DNA of 63,664 nt, filler included, from Globobulimina sp. (taxonomy: Eukaryota): NCBI GenBank assembly GCA_003354225.1. It is 46 parts of 46 records of this genome, joined end to end, with 100 filler letters (N's around TTAATTAATTAA, not from the genome) between each part and the next. Parts side by side here need not be neighbours in the genome. Positions count along the whole stretch, not along the records: positions 60,995 to 62,279 come from PIVH01019427.1; positions 62,380 to 63,664 come from PIVH01019428.1; 44 more parts are not named here. One strand, 5' to 3'. This document shows, in pieces, positions 61,850-63,664 of the stretch. Numbering within the stretch: the stretch's first letter is position 1; every line of letters starts with the position of its first letter. The translations under genes were made by a program, and so were the position numbers. The notes below the pieces were generated by a model. The model was not told where the DNA came from, ran no database searches, and was given only the letters and a program-made list of their open reading frames with translations.

Positions 61850-62279
61850 AGCATTTGGATTATTGTTTGTGGCTTAATTAGTTTATCACATCCAGTCAAT
61901 GCGTATACGTTCGATTCGTGTTTACAAAATGGCCATGCTGCAAATGCGTGGTACGATGGTAACTCATTTGATGCAATAAACAATGTGTGGGCGGATAAAA
62001 CAGCAAACAGTCAAACTGGCATTGTTACGCAGGGAACACTTAATTATTTTGTTGGTAATGACAGTGAAGATTCATTATATATTAATGGCCAGCCGTCTGT
62101 TTATGGTTCGACGAATGAACAGATTACATTTGGTGATGTCACAAATTTATTTATAGGAGGAAATCATACCGTTTTTAATTTGTGCAAATATCAAAAAGAT
62201 GCGGCAACTAAACACAGAATAATTCAGACTTTAACAAAAGATTCAACGTTTGGATTTTATGCTGGCATGTCCGGTGTGG
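61850..62279 (+). CDS. Secreted lectin/LamG-like protein fragment
   Basis: Frame open upstream of the called ORF: IWIIVCGLISLSHPVNA..AWYDG.SFD...NVWADKT.N...HTVFNLCKY...RII...FGFYAGMSGV. Confidence 0.5.
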
Positions 62280-62552
62280 NNNNNNNNNNNNNNNNNNNNN
62301 NNNNNNNNNNNNNNNNNNNNNNNTTAATTAATTAANNNNNNNNNNNNNNNNNNNNNNNNNNNNNNNNNNNNNNNNNNNNGATTGGTTGTTTAATTTAAAC
62401 TGATACCTTTAACTTATTTCAACGAAAATATGCATATGAAAGAAACAGTTAAACATACCGTCCTTGGGAAAGAATGCATAAATCTAAATGATGAGAGCAA
62501 TAATTGTTTCTTAAAAAACGCACATTGTTTTTTTGTATACATTTTCAAGATG

Positions 62553-63362
62553 TCACAACACAGCAAAAACGGAATTCTTTAGCAAATCATACAATCCAAT
62601 CGCTGCGTCATCAACACAATCTTTTGGTAAAATCCAATGTCTGTTACATTGAGTCCTGTGTATTGTATTCCAATGCCTTTTTTGACATTGTTTACTGCAA
62701 TACACCGTCTTCATACATCCTTTGCATGCACTTAATTGTACACCAACTTTATTACATGTGATACATTTCATTTGTTTACATTTTCTTTTAAATTGTTTCC
62801 GTTTCAATGCATATTCAATATTCACAAATGATGGCAACATATATCCTTTGCTGAGTTCATATGCACATTTTAATACTTTAAATCCAATCAAATATTCCTT
62901 TTTTGAATAACAAAATGCACTCAATGCTCGCAATGATATCACTCGTTTATATAAAGTACATTCCGATGCAATGGATGCAACATAACATATTCTTGCATTT
63001 GTATGTTGCGCAGGAATCAAGCAACAAACTCTTGCAGTCATATAAAAAACCACTGGTATATCGTCTAATAAATAGTCACATTTTGCACGTCTGTCATTCG
63101 GAGCTACACAATAATTGAATGCAAAAAATATATACTCTTTCCCAGCAGTAACAAATTGATCCACGCTCCATTTCTTTAAACATTTTAATCTACAGATCAT
63201 AGCAGTAACTTTTCTATCGGCTCCGATTCCGATTTTACGATTGCAATAATGACAACATTCACTTATTATTTGTTTTAATTTTACGTTTGATACTTTATGT
63301 AAAATATTACGAATATTTTTGACACAAAAAATCATTGTATATCCTAATCTCGCTTCCAACAA
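62553..63362 (-). CDS. MYND-type zinc finger protein
   Basis: CITCNK.....SACKGCMKTVYCSKQCQKRHWNTIHRTQC. Confidence 0.85.
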   Translation of the reverse strand: MLEARLGYTMIFCVKNIRNILHKVSNVKLKQIISECCHYCNRKIGIGADRKVTAMICRLKCLKKWSVDQFVTAGKEYIFFAFNYCVAPNDRRAKCDYLLDDIPVVFYMTARVCCLIPAQHTNARICYVASIASECTLYKRVISLRALSAFCYSKKEYLIGFKVLKCAYELSKGYMLPSFVNIEYALKRKQFKRKCKQMKCITCNKVGVQLSACKGCMKTVYCSKQCQKRHWNTIHRTQCNRHWILPKDCVDDAAIGLYDLLKNSVFAVL

Positions 63363-63664
63363 AATATCTTCAGCTTCGCATCGAACACAGAATCCTGATT
63401 TTCTGTGTTGTGGACATTTAGTAATCTTCCCTGGGAAATGTACATAGGATAAACAGGTAACAATTAAGTAGAAAAGGATGAATCACCGAAATATTACGTA
63501 GTCGAATGATGATTTTTTGTTTATATCAATTCCTAGATTTGAAACAAGAGGAATAATAATCCGCGAATGCATATGATAGATATCATATTTTTTTCAGCAA
63601 AAGAAGTACATAGTAACGTAAAATCCTTAGCTTTTTCAGCCAAAACCAACAAGAATTTATATTG

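Noticed and set aside
1289..62379. Regularly spaced TTAATTAATTAA repeat resembling an array
   Set aside because: It is embedded in N runs and is a synthetic six-frame stop linker, not CRISPR or any biological repeat

Overview
This window is not one locus. It is 46 unrelated short contigs (1,288 down to 1,285 bp, sorted by length) joined by an artificial 100-nt spacer (N44-TTAATTAATTAA-N44, stops in all six frames), so gene neighbourhood means nothing across spacers. Most contigs come from an AT-rich, gene-dense eukaryote using the standard code with short (50-90 nt) GT-AG introns; the gene families suggest a foraminiferan or other rhizarian, which is an inference. Recognisable eukaryotic genes include a Cu P1B-ATPase, Ariadne RBR ligase, SET protein, Asp/Asn hydroxylase, rhodanese, two RCC1 proteins, synapsin, sterol desaturase, a multi-WW protein, CAP-Gly, GH44, a SOS1-like antiporter, V-ATPase E, P2X, RING and MYND proteins. 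There are also retroelement fragments (Ty3/Gypsy pol, gag, LINE-like ORF1) and several MITE or fold-back repeats. A few contigs are prokaryotic or phage: a T9SS LamG protein, ERF plus a PD-(D/E)XK nuclease, and a YopX cluster. Two or three contigs look chimeric. The best leads are an intact ORF encoding a miniaturised, apparently catalytically dead P-type ATPase, an intron-containing GH44, a candidate structured RNA, and small palindromic elements shared between contigs. No complete multi-gene novel system can be shown from fragments this short. All family calls come from motif recognition, not database searches.
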